Of a stretch of DNA of 64,000 nt, positions 10,586 through 22,023 are shown in pieces (the stretch's first letter is position 1; each line of letters begins with the position of its first letter). The stretch spans positions 32,001-96,000 of the forward strand of contig JBKAGE010000078.1 in NCBI GenBank assembly GCA_046290225.1, written 5' to 3'. Under the pieces are notes generated by a model that saw only the letters and a program-made list of their open reading frames with translations, did no database searches and was not told where the DNA came from. This DNA is from Bradymonadia bacterium. Its GTDB lineage: Bacteria; Myxococcota_A; Bradymonadia; UBA7976; UBA1532. Both the position numbers and the translations under genes were made by a program.

Positions 10586-10669
10586 CTCGGGCTGACTCCT
10601 CGGTGTGTGCTCGACCTGACTCAGCGCGGATATTCAGCGGGCTTTATCAGCGCCGCTGGGGGGCTCAAC

Positions 10670-12220
10670 TCAAGGAGAGAGGCCCCAGTCTTCAAATGAA
10701 GTGAAGTAGTAGTAAGGCTGGATGAACACGTTCTTCACGCGCTTGCTGATCCCCGAGTAGATGTCGAGGGACCACAGGAAGAAGTAGGGCAGCTCGGCGT
10801 TCACCACCTGGTGAATCTCCTTCATCAGCTCCTTGTACTTCTTGTAGTCGCGGGTGGCCTTGGCCTGGTCGAGCAGGCCGTCCACCTTCTCGCTGTTGAA
10901 CCCAATGAAGTTCATCACGCCATCGGAGTGGAACAGCGGGTAGACATCCTCGACCTCTTCGAATGACCACACGTTCAGGGTCATGTCGAAGTTCTTCTTC
11001 ACGAAGACGAGCTCGCGGTACCGCGCGTGATCGAGGTACTGAGGCGTGACCTTGATGCCGATCTTGCGCAGCTGAGCCTGAATGCCCAGGAACAGCTCCT
11101 GGTTGCTGGCGAGCTCTTTGTCGAGCACGAACTTGAACTCGAGCTTGGCCTTGCCCTTCTTGCGGTACCGACCCTTCTTGGCGTAGCCCGCCTCGTCGAG
11201 GATCTGGTTCGCCCGGGCCACGTCCTGCTCACGAAGCTCGACCTCGAAGTTGTAGAATGGGCTCGACTCGGTGAAGGGGCCGCTGAGGATGTCGCCGCGA
11301 CCGAGGTGGGCCTCTACGAGCTCCTGGCGGTTGAGGGCCAGGGCGATGGCCTGACGCACCTTGTTGTCGTTGAGGGCCTTGTTCTTGTGGTTGTACGCCA
11401 TGTACCACCACGACACCGTGTGATAGGGCTCCAGCACCACGGAGTCGCTGTTCTCGAAGACCGGGATCTCCTTGGGCGGCAGGAAGATCACCGCCTGCAC
11501 ACCGGCGCTGCCGCCGGAGTACTTGAGCACGCTCACCTGGCCGGCCTTGTCGGGGGTGTGCTGCATCTCCACGCTGGCGACCTGCACCGGGTTGAAGTAC
11601 CCGGGGTTGGCCTCAAGGTTGACGCTGCGCACGGAGAACCCGCCCTTCTTCACCATGAAGGGGCCGGTGCCCACGGGCTGCCGGGCGAACTTGTCCTTCC
11701 GGCTGATGGCGGTCTTCTTGAACTTGTGCTTCGGGATGATCTTGAACAGGAACCGGCGCTCGGGCTCGGCGACGGGCCGAGTGAACGTGAAGTGCACCGC
11801 GAACTTGCCCTCGACGGTCACCGTGTTGATGAACCGGTACTTGCCCTTGGCGTTGAACACGGTGCCGGGATCTTGGGCGGCGTCGATGGTGAACTTCACG
11901 TCATCAGCGGTGAAGGGTTTGCCATCGTGCCAGTTGATCCCTTCGCGCAAGACGAAGCGAATGCCGCCACGATCGGGATCCACCTCCCAGGAGGTGGCGA
12001 GACCGGGGGCAAAGTCACCGCGCTTGTCGACGTAGATCAGCGAGTCGAAGATCAGCTCCACCATGCGGACAGAGCTCATGTCCTCGGCGAAGAAGGGCAT
12101 CAGCGAAGAGGGGCGGTTGTCCTCCGGGTACCTGAAGGTCTGGCTCTGAGCCCCAGCAGGCGCGGCCATGGCCACGCCGAGGAGGGTGATCATCAGGGAG
12201 TGCAGCAGGCGTCTCATCAT
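10670..12220 (-). CDS. ABC transporter substrate-binding protein, family 5 (copy 1)
   Basis: Signal peptide ..AGA; same family-5 motifs; clearly paralogous to 9038-10585. Confidence 0.92.
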   Translation of the reverse strand: MMRRLLHSLMITLLGVAMAAPAGAQSQTFRYPEDNRPSSLMPFFAEDMSSVRMVELIFDSLIYVDKRGDFAPGLATSWEVDPDRGGIRFVLREGINWHDGKPFTADDVKFTIDAAQDPGTVFNAKGKYRFINTVTVEGKFAVHFTFTRPVAEPERRFLFKIIPKHKFKKTAISRKDKFARQPVGTGPFMVKKGGFSVRSVNLEANPGYFNPVQVASVEMQHTPDKAGQVSVLKYSGGSAGVQAVIFLPPKEIPVFENSDSVVLEPYHTVSWWYMAYNHKNKALNDNKVRQAIALALNRQELVEAHLGRGDILSGPFTESSPFYNFEVELREQDVARANQILDEAGYAKKGRYRKKGKAKLEFKFVLDKELASNQELFLGIQAQLRKIGIKVTPQYLDHARYRELVFVKKNFDMTLNVWSFEEVEDVYPLFHSDGVMNFIGFNSEKVDGLLDQAKATRDYKKYKELMKEIHQVVNAELPYFFLWSLDIYSGISKRVKNVFIQPYYYFTSFEDWGLSP

Positions 12221-12273
12221 CCGGGACCTGGCTCCTAGGTGTGTGATTGCCCCTTCGGGGCCTCGCGCGTGTC

Positions 12274-13893
12274 TCAGTTGCCCCGCTTGACACCACCCCC
12301 ATGGTTGATGGCCCGGATCGTGAGCAGATCGCGGAGCATCTCCATGGGCGTGAGCACGGCGGGCAGGTGATCCCTCATTCGGTTGAGGTACTTCACCGCC
12401 ACTCGGGGCTGTCCAATGTCTACGTTGTCCAGGGCCGAAGCAGTCAACGCCGAGAGCGTGTTCCGCCGTGAAGGCGCCTGGGACTTGGATTTCTCTTCTG
12501 CGTCCGCCCGAACTCGAGTGGCCACGGCACGTTTGCCGGTGCGACTGAGTGCGTCGGCGAACCGACGTTGGACGACATCAACGTACCGATCAATCAAAAG
12601 CAGATCAGCCACAACCTGCTGACCGGGGGCATCTTTGGGGATGGCTTCTCGAACAAGACGCTCCAACTGACTGCGATCAGTAGGGAAAACATCCTTTTCG
12701 AGTGGCTGACCAAAACGAACGAGAGTTCGAACTCGGCTCACCTTCTGGGCGATGCTGCTCTGGCCAATCTGCTCAGCGGCAGCCTTGGCAGCGTCGCGCT
12801 GGCCCGCTTGATCCAGCGCCATGGCCTGAAGGGCGATGGCTTCGGCCTTGAAGTCGTCGAAGGTCGAAATGCCAGAGAAGATCACCAGAGAGAGTGGCAG
12901 CTCACCAGCAAAGCCAGCAGCCGCCTCGGCACTCTTCGCAGCCTCGGCGCCCTTGCCCTGAAGCAACTGGGCCTCGGCGAGGAGCAGCTGCGACGCACCA
13001 GCGACCCCCTTGAGGTGCTCTTCAGCCACAGCGGCGTACACATGGCCCTGCGCCAGCAGCCCATGGGGATCGAGAAACACGAGGTTCTGCTTCTCGAGCT
13101 CAATCCGTACGTCGGGCGTGGCCTGGTTGATGCGAGCGAGCCGCTTGCGGGCCTCTTTGAGGCGACCGGCGGCGACGAGGGACCTCAGCCGAAGTCGCTC
13201 TCCGTACACCTTCTCGCTGCCGGGCGGGATGTCGGCGTCGGCGCCCCCTGCCCTGCCTGCGAGCAAATCGGGGAGCGGGCCCACGGCATCGGCCTTGAGC
13301 GCAGCGGACCACGGAACCACAGGGGATCCCTCTGGCGCAGTGCTGGTGGGCACCTCACCGGTCTGCTTGAAGCCCATCTGCGCACCATACTGATGCATGC
13401 GCACTTTGATGAAATCGGCCCAGGCAGAGCCTGCGGCGGCACCGGGCAATGCCATCTGGGCCTTGAGGACCTTGGGCGAGGCCCGATAGACAATGTCGGC
13501 GAGGCGCATGTGGGCATGGGCCAACTCCAGAGCGGAGCGCGCGGCGCCGATCTTCAAATCGACATCATCTGCTTTGGATTTCAGATCACCCTCGAAGGCC
13601 TCGAGAGCCTTGAGGGTGTCGTTCTGCATCAACAGCGGCCAGCCTGCGCTGGCGCCCCCGATGGCATCGAGTCCTGCAGGATCTTGAGCGGCCTTGACGA
13701 TCCAGCTCTCGGCGAGCGCCGACTTCTCGGCGGTGACGTCGAAGCTGGCATCGGGCAGACGTCGGGCGCTCTTCTTGCCCCCGTCTCCACCCGTGTTGTC
13801 GCCACCACACCCTGCCCCCACAGAGAGGCCGAGGGCGAAGGTGCCCATGACGATCGTACGCACGAAGCGCTGCCGGTGATCCTGGTGTGGCAT
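12274..13893 (-). CDS. Hypothetical lipoprotein, alpha-helical/TPR-like
   Basis: Lipobox SVGAGC; Ala/Leu-rich helical repeats; 6-bp gap from the upstream gene. Confidence 0.7.
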   Translation of the reverse strand: MPHQDHRQRFVRTIVMGTFALGLSVGAGCGGDNTGGDGGKKSARRLPDASFDVTAEKSALAESWIVKAAQDPAGLDAIGGASAGWPLLMQNDTLKALEAFEGDLKSKADDVDLKIGAARSALELAHAHMRLADIVYRASPKVLKAQMALPGAAAGSAWADFIKVRMHQYGAQMGFKQTGEVPTSTAPEGSPVVPWSAALKADAVGPLPDLLAGRAGGADADIPPGSEKVYGERLRLRSLVAAGRLKEARKRLARINQATPDVRIELEKQNLVFLDPHGLLAQGHVYAAVAEEHLKGVAGASQLLLAEAQLLQGKGAEAAKSAEAAAGFAGELPLSLVIFSGISTFDDFKAEAIALQAMALDQAGQRDAAKAAAEQIGQSSIAQKVSRVRTLVRFGQPLEKDVFPTDRSQLERLVREAIPKDAPGQQVVADLLLIDRYVDVVQRRFADALSRTGKRAVATRVRADAEEKSKSQAPSRRNTLSALTASALDNVDIGQPRVAVKYLNRMRDHLPAVLTPMEMLRDLLTIRAINHGGGVKRGN

Positions 13894-13899
13894 CGGGAA

Positions 13900-16053
13900 T
13901 TACAGCCCCAGCTCGCTCTTGCGCTCGGCAAGCTCGCCGATCTTCCGCTCGGCCTTGGAGACCTCACCGGGGTTGTGGCCGCGGTTGAAGGTCTTGTAGC
14001 GCTCCCAGTTGCGGATCGCCCGCTCGAGGTGCTGAGGATCAGCCCCCTTGGGATCTTCGTGGTACTGCCGCATGAATTCGAACTCGAAGACCTCGGCGTG
14101 GAACTTGTAGGCATCGGCCTTCGCCGCCTTGGGCAGCCGCCGCATGTTGATCTCCACGCGCTTCATGGTCCGGATGGCCTTCTTGTAGCGCGATTGCTTG
14201 GCGTACGACTTCGCCAAAGACAGCAACACCGTGGGATCGCGCTTGTAGCGACCGGAGGAGGTGGCCTCCTCAAGCTCCTTGGCCTGCCGCTTGTAGTCCT
14301 TCTGGCGGTAGTAGTAGTCCGCCAGCATACGGTGGGCCTCGGTGTACTTCGGGTGCCGGCGCTCGATCTGACCCAGGAACTCCACATCGGACTGCTGGAG
14401 CATCTGAGAAGACTTGAGCGAGCCGTTGATGGCCTTCACCCGAGCGCTGATCTCTTCTTTGGACATGTTGCTCGGGGATGCAGCCCCAGTGGCCACGGCA
14501 GAGCCACCGCCACCGCTGCCCTTACCTGGCTGCACACGAGCGCTCTCCTCGACGCCGAGCAATCCACCATTGGCGAGATCAGTCGACGGGGGGGGCGGCT
14601 CCACGGCGGCCACAGGCTCGGGGGCCGGCTCGGGGATCGGATCGACAGCTACAGGCTCAGGCGCTGGCTCCGGGATCGGATCAGCCACAGGCTCAGGGAT
14701 CGGGTCAGCCACGGGCTCGGGGATCGGATCAGGATCGCTGCCGAGCAGGGTGATGTCGGGATCAGCAGCTGGCGGAGGCGTAGGCGCCGCTGCAGTTGCA
14801 AGGCCCACACCAGCACCGGTGCCGATGCCAAGAGGCGTGTCGAACTCCCCGCCGTTGTCTTCGGGCTCGGGGATCGGATCGGCAGCCACAGGCTCAGGGA
14901 TCGGATCAGGGATCGGATCAGCCACGGGCTCCGGAATCGGCTCGGGGATCGGATCGGCCACGGGCTCCGGAATCGGCTCGGGGATCGGATCGGGTGTGGG
15001 GATCACTGCGACCGCCACAGGCTCAGGGGCCGGCTCGGGGATCGGATCAGCCACGGGCTCCGGAATCGGCTCGGGAATCGGATCGGGCTCCACCCGAGCG
15101 GTGCTGCCCGAATTGACATCGAAGATGTCGGCAGCAGGTGCCGGCTCCGGGTCGTCCTTCGCCTTCCTGGACCGACCCTTCGGGGCCGGATCGGCCACTG
15201 GCTCGGGGGCAGGCGCCAAATCATCCCACAGTGAATCCTTCGCTGCGGGCTTCGGCTCGTTCTTGGCCACCTTCACCGGCTCCACAGCAGGAGGCGGCTC
15301 CACAGCGGGGGGCGGCTCTGGGGCGGCGGGCTCCGGCTGGGGAGGCTCCGCAGCGGGTGGGGGCTCGGCCTTGGCGATGACCGTGTCGCTGGTCTCGCCG
15401 ATGGGTCCGCTCTTCGAGGGGGTCAGCAGATAGATCTGGTCGTCTTCGGCGAAGGCGCCCTGGTAGCGCAGCGCGCCGGCGCTGGCCCGCAGCTGCATGC
15501 CCGGCACGCCGCTCACGAGGATCATGGCGTCGCCGTTGCTGCCGGTCTTGCCCACGAACTCGTCGTTCACCTTGACGGGGGTGCCCCCCTTCTCGGTGCG
15601 CACCATGAGCAGGAAGTCGCGCTTGGGTCGCTGCAAGGTGGCCACGAACTCCACCTGGAGGGGGCGACCGTCGGCGGGATACTGCACCTTGAACTGCCAG
15701 CGGGATTGATCGACGTTCGGGGGAATCGTGTAGCCCTCAGGGGTCTCCACGTTGAAGGTGAGCGTGTCACCGTTCTTGGCGCCGAACTTGCCGCGGAACA
15801 CCCCGTCGGGGCCGGTGATGCCGAACTTCTTGCCGTTGATGTAGAACTGCACGAGTTCCACAGGCTTGGCCTGAAGGTCGACGGTCTTCACCAGCAGGAT
15901 GACCTCGCTCTGCTGAGCGGTCTGGGTTTGAGTGGCCTCACCTTCCGGCGGCTTCTCACCACACGCGGTCAAACCGGCGCTGAGGCTCACAGCCCCAGCG
16001 AGCACCCAGTGGCCTCGGGTGTTCTTTTTCATGGTCTTCCCCATCGTCTCCAC
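13900..16053 (-). CDS. Lipoprotein with N-terminal beta domains, a long Pro/Glu/Asp repeat linker and a C-terminal TPR domain
   Basis: Lipobox AGLTAC; beta-strand-rich N-terminus; (EPIPEPVADPIP)n linker; basic TPR C-terminus (EAHRMLADYYYRQKDYKRQ, VLLSLAKSYAKQSRYKKA). True start may be 16044 or 16032. Confidence 0.78.
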   Translation of the reverse strand: METMGKTMKKNTRGHWVLAGAVSLSAGLTACGEKPPEGEATQTQTAQQSEVILLVKTVDLQAKPVELVQFYINGKKFGITGPDGVFRGKFGAKNGDTLTFNVETPEGYTIPPNVDQSRWQFKVQYPADGRPLQVEFVATLQRPKRDFLLMVRTEKGGTPVKVNDEFVGKTGSNGDAMILVSGVPGMQLRASAGALRYQGAFAEDDQIYLLTPSKSGPIGETSDTVIAKAEPPPAAEPPQPEPAAPEPPPAVEPPPAVEPVKVAKNEPKPAAKDSLWDDLAPAPEPVADPAPKGRSRKAKDDPEPAPAADIFDVNSGSTARVEPDPIPEPIPEPVADPIPEPAPEPVAVAVIPTPDPIPEPIPEPVADPIPEPIPEPVADPIPDPIPEPVAADPIPEPEDNGGEFDTPLGIGTGAGVGLATAAAPTPPPAADPDITLLGSDPDPIPEPVADPIPEPVADPIPEPAPEPVAVDPIPEPAPEPVAAVEPPPPSTDLANGGLLGVEESARVQPGKGSGGGGSAVATGAASPSNMSKEEISARVKAINGSLKSSQMLQQSDVEFLGQIERRHPKYTEAHRMLADYYYRQKDYKRQAKELEEATSSGRYKRDPTVLLSLAKSYAKQSRYKKAIRTMKRVEINMRRLPKAAKADAYKFHAEVFEFEFMRQYHEDPKGADPQHLERAIRNWERYKTFNRGHNPGEVSKAERKIGELAERKSELGL
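14596..15090 (-). repeat. Intragenic degenerate tandem repeat (12/24/36-nt units) encoding PIPEPVAD
   Basis: 36-nt unit gggatcggatc(a/g)gccacgggctccggaatcggctcg at about 14909, 14945 and 15038, plus partial copies at 14596-14730. Confidence 0.85.
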
Positions 16054-16140
16054 TCCGTGTCCCCGCAGGGCATCACGGCCGGGTCTCGAGCAGTGTCGAT
16101 GACGCGTCTCGCTCGGAAAACGCTCACCGCGAGGGCGGTC

Positions 16141-16569
16141 TCAGTTGCCGATGATCGGAACAGAAGCCTCGTCGGGCTCCCGCTCGGGATCGGCGGTCGG
16201 ATCGGGTGCAGTCTCTTCAATGTCCGGCGTCAGGACCTTCATTACGAGGTCCTCGACTTTGTTGGGGCCGCCCTCGACCTTGATCTCCAGACCCAGCTCT
16301 TCAAATCCGAATTTACGCACCCGGACTCGGTATACGCCCGGGGGTATCGGTTCGATCTCTCCGGTCTCGTTGATCCGCTGTCGGATGTTGAAGAAACCCT
16401 TGGGATTCGTGAGCACAACGTCGGTGTCAGGCTCGGTGAAGACCTCGGCCTTGGGGATGGGCGCCCCGGTCTCGTCGGTGATGCGGCCCACCAACGACAC
16501 AGGCTGGCCACCACACCCGACGAGAACTGCAGCGAGCAGAGCGCTCGTCAACACGCGCAGAAACATCAC
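16141..16569 (-). CDS. Small lipoprotein with carboxypeptidase-regulatory-like (beta-sandwich) domain
   Basis: Lipobox VLVGC; GRITDETGAPIPKAEV...TNPKGFF...PGVYRVRVRKFGF. Confidence 0.8.
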   Translation of the reverse strand: MMFLRVLTSALLAAVLVGCGGQPVSLVGRITDETGAPIPKAEVFTEPDTDVVLTNPKGFFNIRQRINETGEIEPIPPGVYRVRVRKFGFEELGLEIKVEGGPNKVEDLVMKVLTPDIEETAPDPTADPEREPDEASVPIIGN

Positions 16570-17036
16570 TGATCCTCCATGCGCTCGCTGACGACGGTCA
16601 GGGCGTAGTCGACATTCGGATCTCGTGGATCGAGCTCTTTGAGCCGAGCCAGCGTCTCGTATGCCTCGTTCATCTTGCCCGCCACCGTGGCATCGATGGC
16701 CTTGGCCATCAGCTGCTGCCGCAGCTCGGAGATCTCGGTGAGCGCGTTGGTGCGGGCGAGATGATCGTTGATCTTCTGAAGAAGCTCGGGGGCGTCGTTC
16801 TGAAGCTCGTGCGTCGTGATGAGCACATAGGCCTCGGAGATCTTCTTGAGGCCCTCGGCGAGCTTGCCCGCCCGCTTGCTGCGCTTCTTGATCCTGCTGG
16901 CCTTCTTGAGGGTCTTCTCCCCTTCAGTGGCCAGGGTCTTGGCGTCGGCGAGAGGCTCGGCGTGGGCCGAGAGCGCCGTGGCGCACACAAAAGCCCCGAT
17001 GAGCAGCAGGGCATGGACGAGAGTGGACCGCCTCAA
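16566..17036 (-). CDS. Hypothetical exported helical protein (single TPR-like motif)
   Basis: TTG start with GGAGG upstream; signal peptide ..AHA; EAYETLARLKELDPRDP. Confidence 0.7.
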   Translation of the reverse strand: MRRSTLVHALLLIGAFVCATALSAHAEPLADAKTLATEGEKTLKKASRIKKRSKRAGKLAEGLKKISEAYVLITTHELQNDAPELLQKINDHLARTNALTEISELRQQLMAKAIDATVAGKMNEAYETLARLKELDPRDPNVDYALTVVSERMEDQ

Positions 17037-17083
17037 CGCTGTCCTCCATGAGGTAAGGTGCCGTAAACACTTAAATCACCGGC

Positions 17084-17112
17084 ACTTTAGATGACTGAGA
17101 AGGGTAAGTCAA
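17084..17112 (-). promoter_or_regulatory. Putative sigma70 promoter of the envelope/ABC operon
   Basis: Minus strand TTGACT-N17-TAAAGT, about 50 nt upstream of the 17036 start. Confidence 0.5.
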
Positions 17113-17128
17113 CGCGGGGAGAAGGCCC

Positions 17129-19627
<2,499 letters not shown>

Positions 19628-19766
19628 GCCTCTCCTGAGCGCTGCTCATCGGCTCCGACCCTTCGATTTGTCGGATCGACGATGCCCTCGCGCCTTCCGC
19701 CCGGATCCCCCGAACACTGAGGCCAGAGGCGGGATTTCGCGAGGGGCTCCAAGCCCTTGTGCCCGC

Positions 19767-19794
19767 ATTCTATAAGAGGGCGAGTCAGGGTCAA
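19767..19794 (-). promoter_or_regulatory. Putative sigma70 promoter for the kinase gene
   Basis: Minus strand TTGACC-N16-TAGAAT in the divergent intergenic region. Confidence 0.4.
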
Positions 19795-19945
19795 ACTGCG
19801 AATCCCACAACACTACACCGGTCTCAAGGCCAAAATGGCCTACGGGCGCCGGAAAGATCGCCCGATACCGCTGATTGACCGAGCCTCAAGACCGGCCTTA
19901 TGGTGGTCCGAAGCATCAATCGAACACGGTAGACCAGAGCCATAT

Positions 19946-22003
19946 ATGAAGAGGTTCCTGCGTTTCATGCCCGGGTGCACCCCTGGCCTCTTGTCGGCGA
20001 CCACCCTCGCGCTGGCGATCTTCACCCTCGGCATTCAGGGGTGTGACTCCGACGACAGCGGGGGTGATCCACCCGACGCAGCCGGCGGCGCTGGCGGTGG
20101 AGGCGCTGGAGGCGGTGAGGCCCAATGCACCCCCGGCGAGATCACATGTGCCGACGATCAGACGGCCCAGACATGTGGTGACGGGGGCGAGCTGACCTCG
20201 GAGATGTGCCCTGAAGGCACTGCGTGTACGCCCGGTGAAGGCTGCATCCTCTCTGGCGAGTGCCTGCCTGGAGAGACGCGCTGTGAAGGGCCCACGCTCC
20301 AACGCTGCCGCCCAGACGGCAGCGGCTACGACAGCGAGCCCTGCCCCGAAGGTTGCGTGGAAGACGAGGACGAGGCCAGCTGCGCTCAGGGGGTGTGCGT
20401 GCCCGGCGAGCGTCGCTGCCAGGGCGCCCAGCTGGTGGTGGAGTGTCGCGCCGACGGCGCCGACTTCGAGGTGGTGGAGCGCTGCAACACCGATCGCACC
20501 GCCCGCGAGTGCAACTCTGGCGAGTGCGTGCCGCTCTGTGAGCTCAGCGAGAAGGTGAAGACCAACGTCGGCTGCGACTACTGGGCAGCCGATCTCGACA
20601 ACGCTCTGGTCCCCGGTGGCGAGCGAGGGTTCCTCAACGCCGCGGACTCTCAGTACTCCATCGTGGTGTCCAACCCCCACCCCGAGTTCACCGGCGAGGT
20701 CTCAGTCTTCAACAACGAAGAGCTGGTGGAGACCGCGGTGCTGCCGCCCCTCGGCCTGCACGTGTTCAACTTGCCCAAGCGCAACGTCGACGGCACCGTG
20801 CTCGCCCCCCTCGCCTATCGGGTGCGCTCGAGCATCCCCATCGTGGCCTACCAGTTCAACCCGCTGGAGAACGTCGACGTCTTCTCCAACGACGCCTCGC
20901 TCCTGCTGCCGAGCCACGTGCTCGGGCAGAACTATTTCGTCATGACCCGGGAGCAGAGCTTCGCCCAGCTGCGCGGGTTCCTCACCGTCATCGGCATCAG
21001 CGAAGAGCCCACGGTGGTGGACATCACCGTCACCGCCCCCACTCGGCCGGGCATCGGTGGCATCCCTGCCCTCGAGGCCGGCGACACCACGCAAGTGATC
21101 TTGAACCAGTTCGACGTGCTCAGCCTCGAGACCAACGGCCCCGGGGCGGATCTCACGGGCTCCATCGTCACCGCCAGCCAGGATGTGGTGGTCTTCGGCG
21201 GCAGCGAGGCAGGGAACGCCCCCAACACCAACCACTGCATCAACATCGATCCCGAGACCGGCGAGGGGGTCTGCGAGACCAAGCCCGACGAGGTGTGCAG
21301 CGACAACTATGACTGCAACAGCGCCCGCCTGAACACGTGCTGCGCCGATCACCTCGAGCAGCAGCTGTTCCCCGTGAAGACCTGGGGTCGTCACTATGTG
21401 GCGGCGAAGAGCTTCGACCGCGGCCTCGAGCTCGATCAGTGGCGCATCCTCGCCGCTGAGGACGACACCAAGATCGAGACCGTGCCCGAGGTGGTGGAGA
21501 TCCCCACCCTCAACGCCGGCGAGTGGTACGAGTTCGGCAGCCGGGAAGACTTCGAGATCGTGAGCGACAAGCCCGTGCTCGTGGGTCAGTTCCTCGCCAG
21601 CCAGGACGCGCCGAACCCCAACCTGCGAGAGCAGATCGAGCCTGGCGACGCCGGCACTGGGGATCCCGCCTTCATCTTGTCGGTGCCGGTGGAGCAGTTC
21701 CGCCAGGACTTCGTGTTCCTCGCCCCTGACAAGTACGCCTTTGACTATGTCACTGTGGTGGCCCCCGTGGAGGCCCAGGTCTTCTTCGACGAAGATCCGG
21801 TGCCCGGCGAGTGGGCCATGGTCGGCGACGGTTCAACCTGGAAGGTGGCGCGTTTCCCCATCGCCGATGGGGTGCACTTCATCCAGTCAGACGAGCCCTG
21901 CGCCATCACCGTCTATGGATATGACCAGTACGTCTCTTATGGCTACCCCGGGGGCCTGAACCTCGACGTGGTCGATCCGGAGACCGGGATGGCGCAAGAG
22001 TGA
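19946..22003 (+). CDS. IgGFc-binding-domain lipoprotein with Cys-rich N-terminal repeats
   Basis: Lipobox LGIQGC; C.PGE.RC repeats; NVGCDYWAADLDN, VAYQFNPL, SNDASLLLP, DHLEQQLFPVKTWG, GDPA, YVSYGYPGG. Confidence 0.88.
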   Translation: MKRFLRFMPGCTPGLLSATTLALAIFTLGIQGCDSDDSGGDPPDAAGGAGGGGAGGGEAQCTPGEITCADDQTAQTCGDGGELTSEMCPEGTACTPGEGCILSGECLPGETRCEGPTLQRCRPDGSGYDSEPCPEGCVEDEDEASCAQGVCVPGERRCQGAQLVVECRADGADFEVVERCNTDRTARECNSGECVPLCELSEKVKTNVGCDYWAADLDNALVPGGERGFLNAADSQYSIVVSNPHPEFTGEVSVFNNEELVETAVLPPLGLHVFNLPKRNVDGTVLAPLAYRVRSSIPIVAYQFNPLENVDVFSNDASLLLPSHVLGQNYFVMTREQSFAQLRGFLTVIGISEEPTVVDITVTAPTRPGIGGIPALEAGDTTQVILNQFDVLSLETNGPGADLTGSIVTASQDVVVFGGSEAGNAPNTNHCINIDPETGEGVCETKPDEVCSDNYDCNSARLNTCCADHLEQQLFPVKTWGRHYVAAKSFDRGLELDQWRILAAEDDTKIETVPEVVEIPTLNAGEWYEFGSREDFEIVSDKPVLVGQFLASQDAPNPNLREQIEPGDAGTGDPAFILSVPVEQFRQDFVFLAPDKYAFDYVTVVAPVEAQVFFDEDPVPGEWAMVGDGSTWKVARFPIADGVHFIQSDEPCAITVYGYDQYVSYGYPGGLNLDVVDPETGMAQE

Positions 22004-22023
22004 TGGTGCGCGAGGGGAGACAC

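Noticed and set aside
14596..15090. Possible CRISPR array
   Set aside because: The repeats are contiguous, in frame and degenerate, with no unique spacers and no cas genes.
12568..15234. 888-aa plus-strand ORF, and the 339-aa GSGIGS-repeat ORF at 14414-15433
   Set aside because: Antisense shadows of two real minus-strand lipoprotein genes; stop-poor frames are expected with high GC3 and repeats.
2174..17036. Assignment as Tol-Pal or Agl-Glt gliding machinery
   Set aside because: No TolQ/R/A, Pal/OmpA, AglRQS or TonB-C domain genes are visible in the window.
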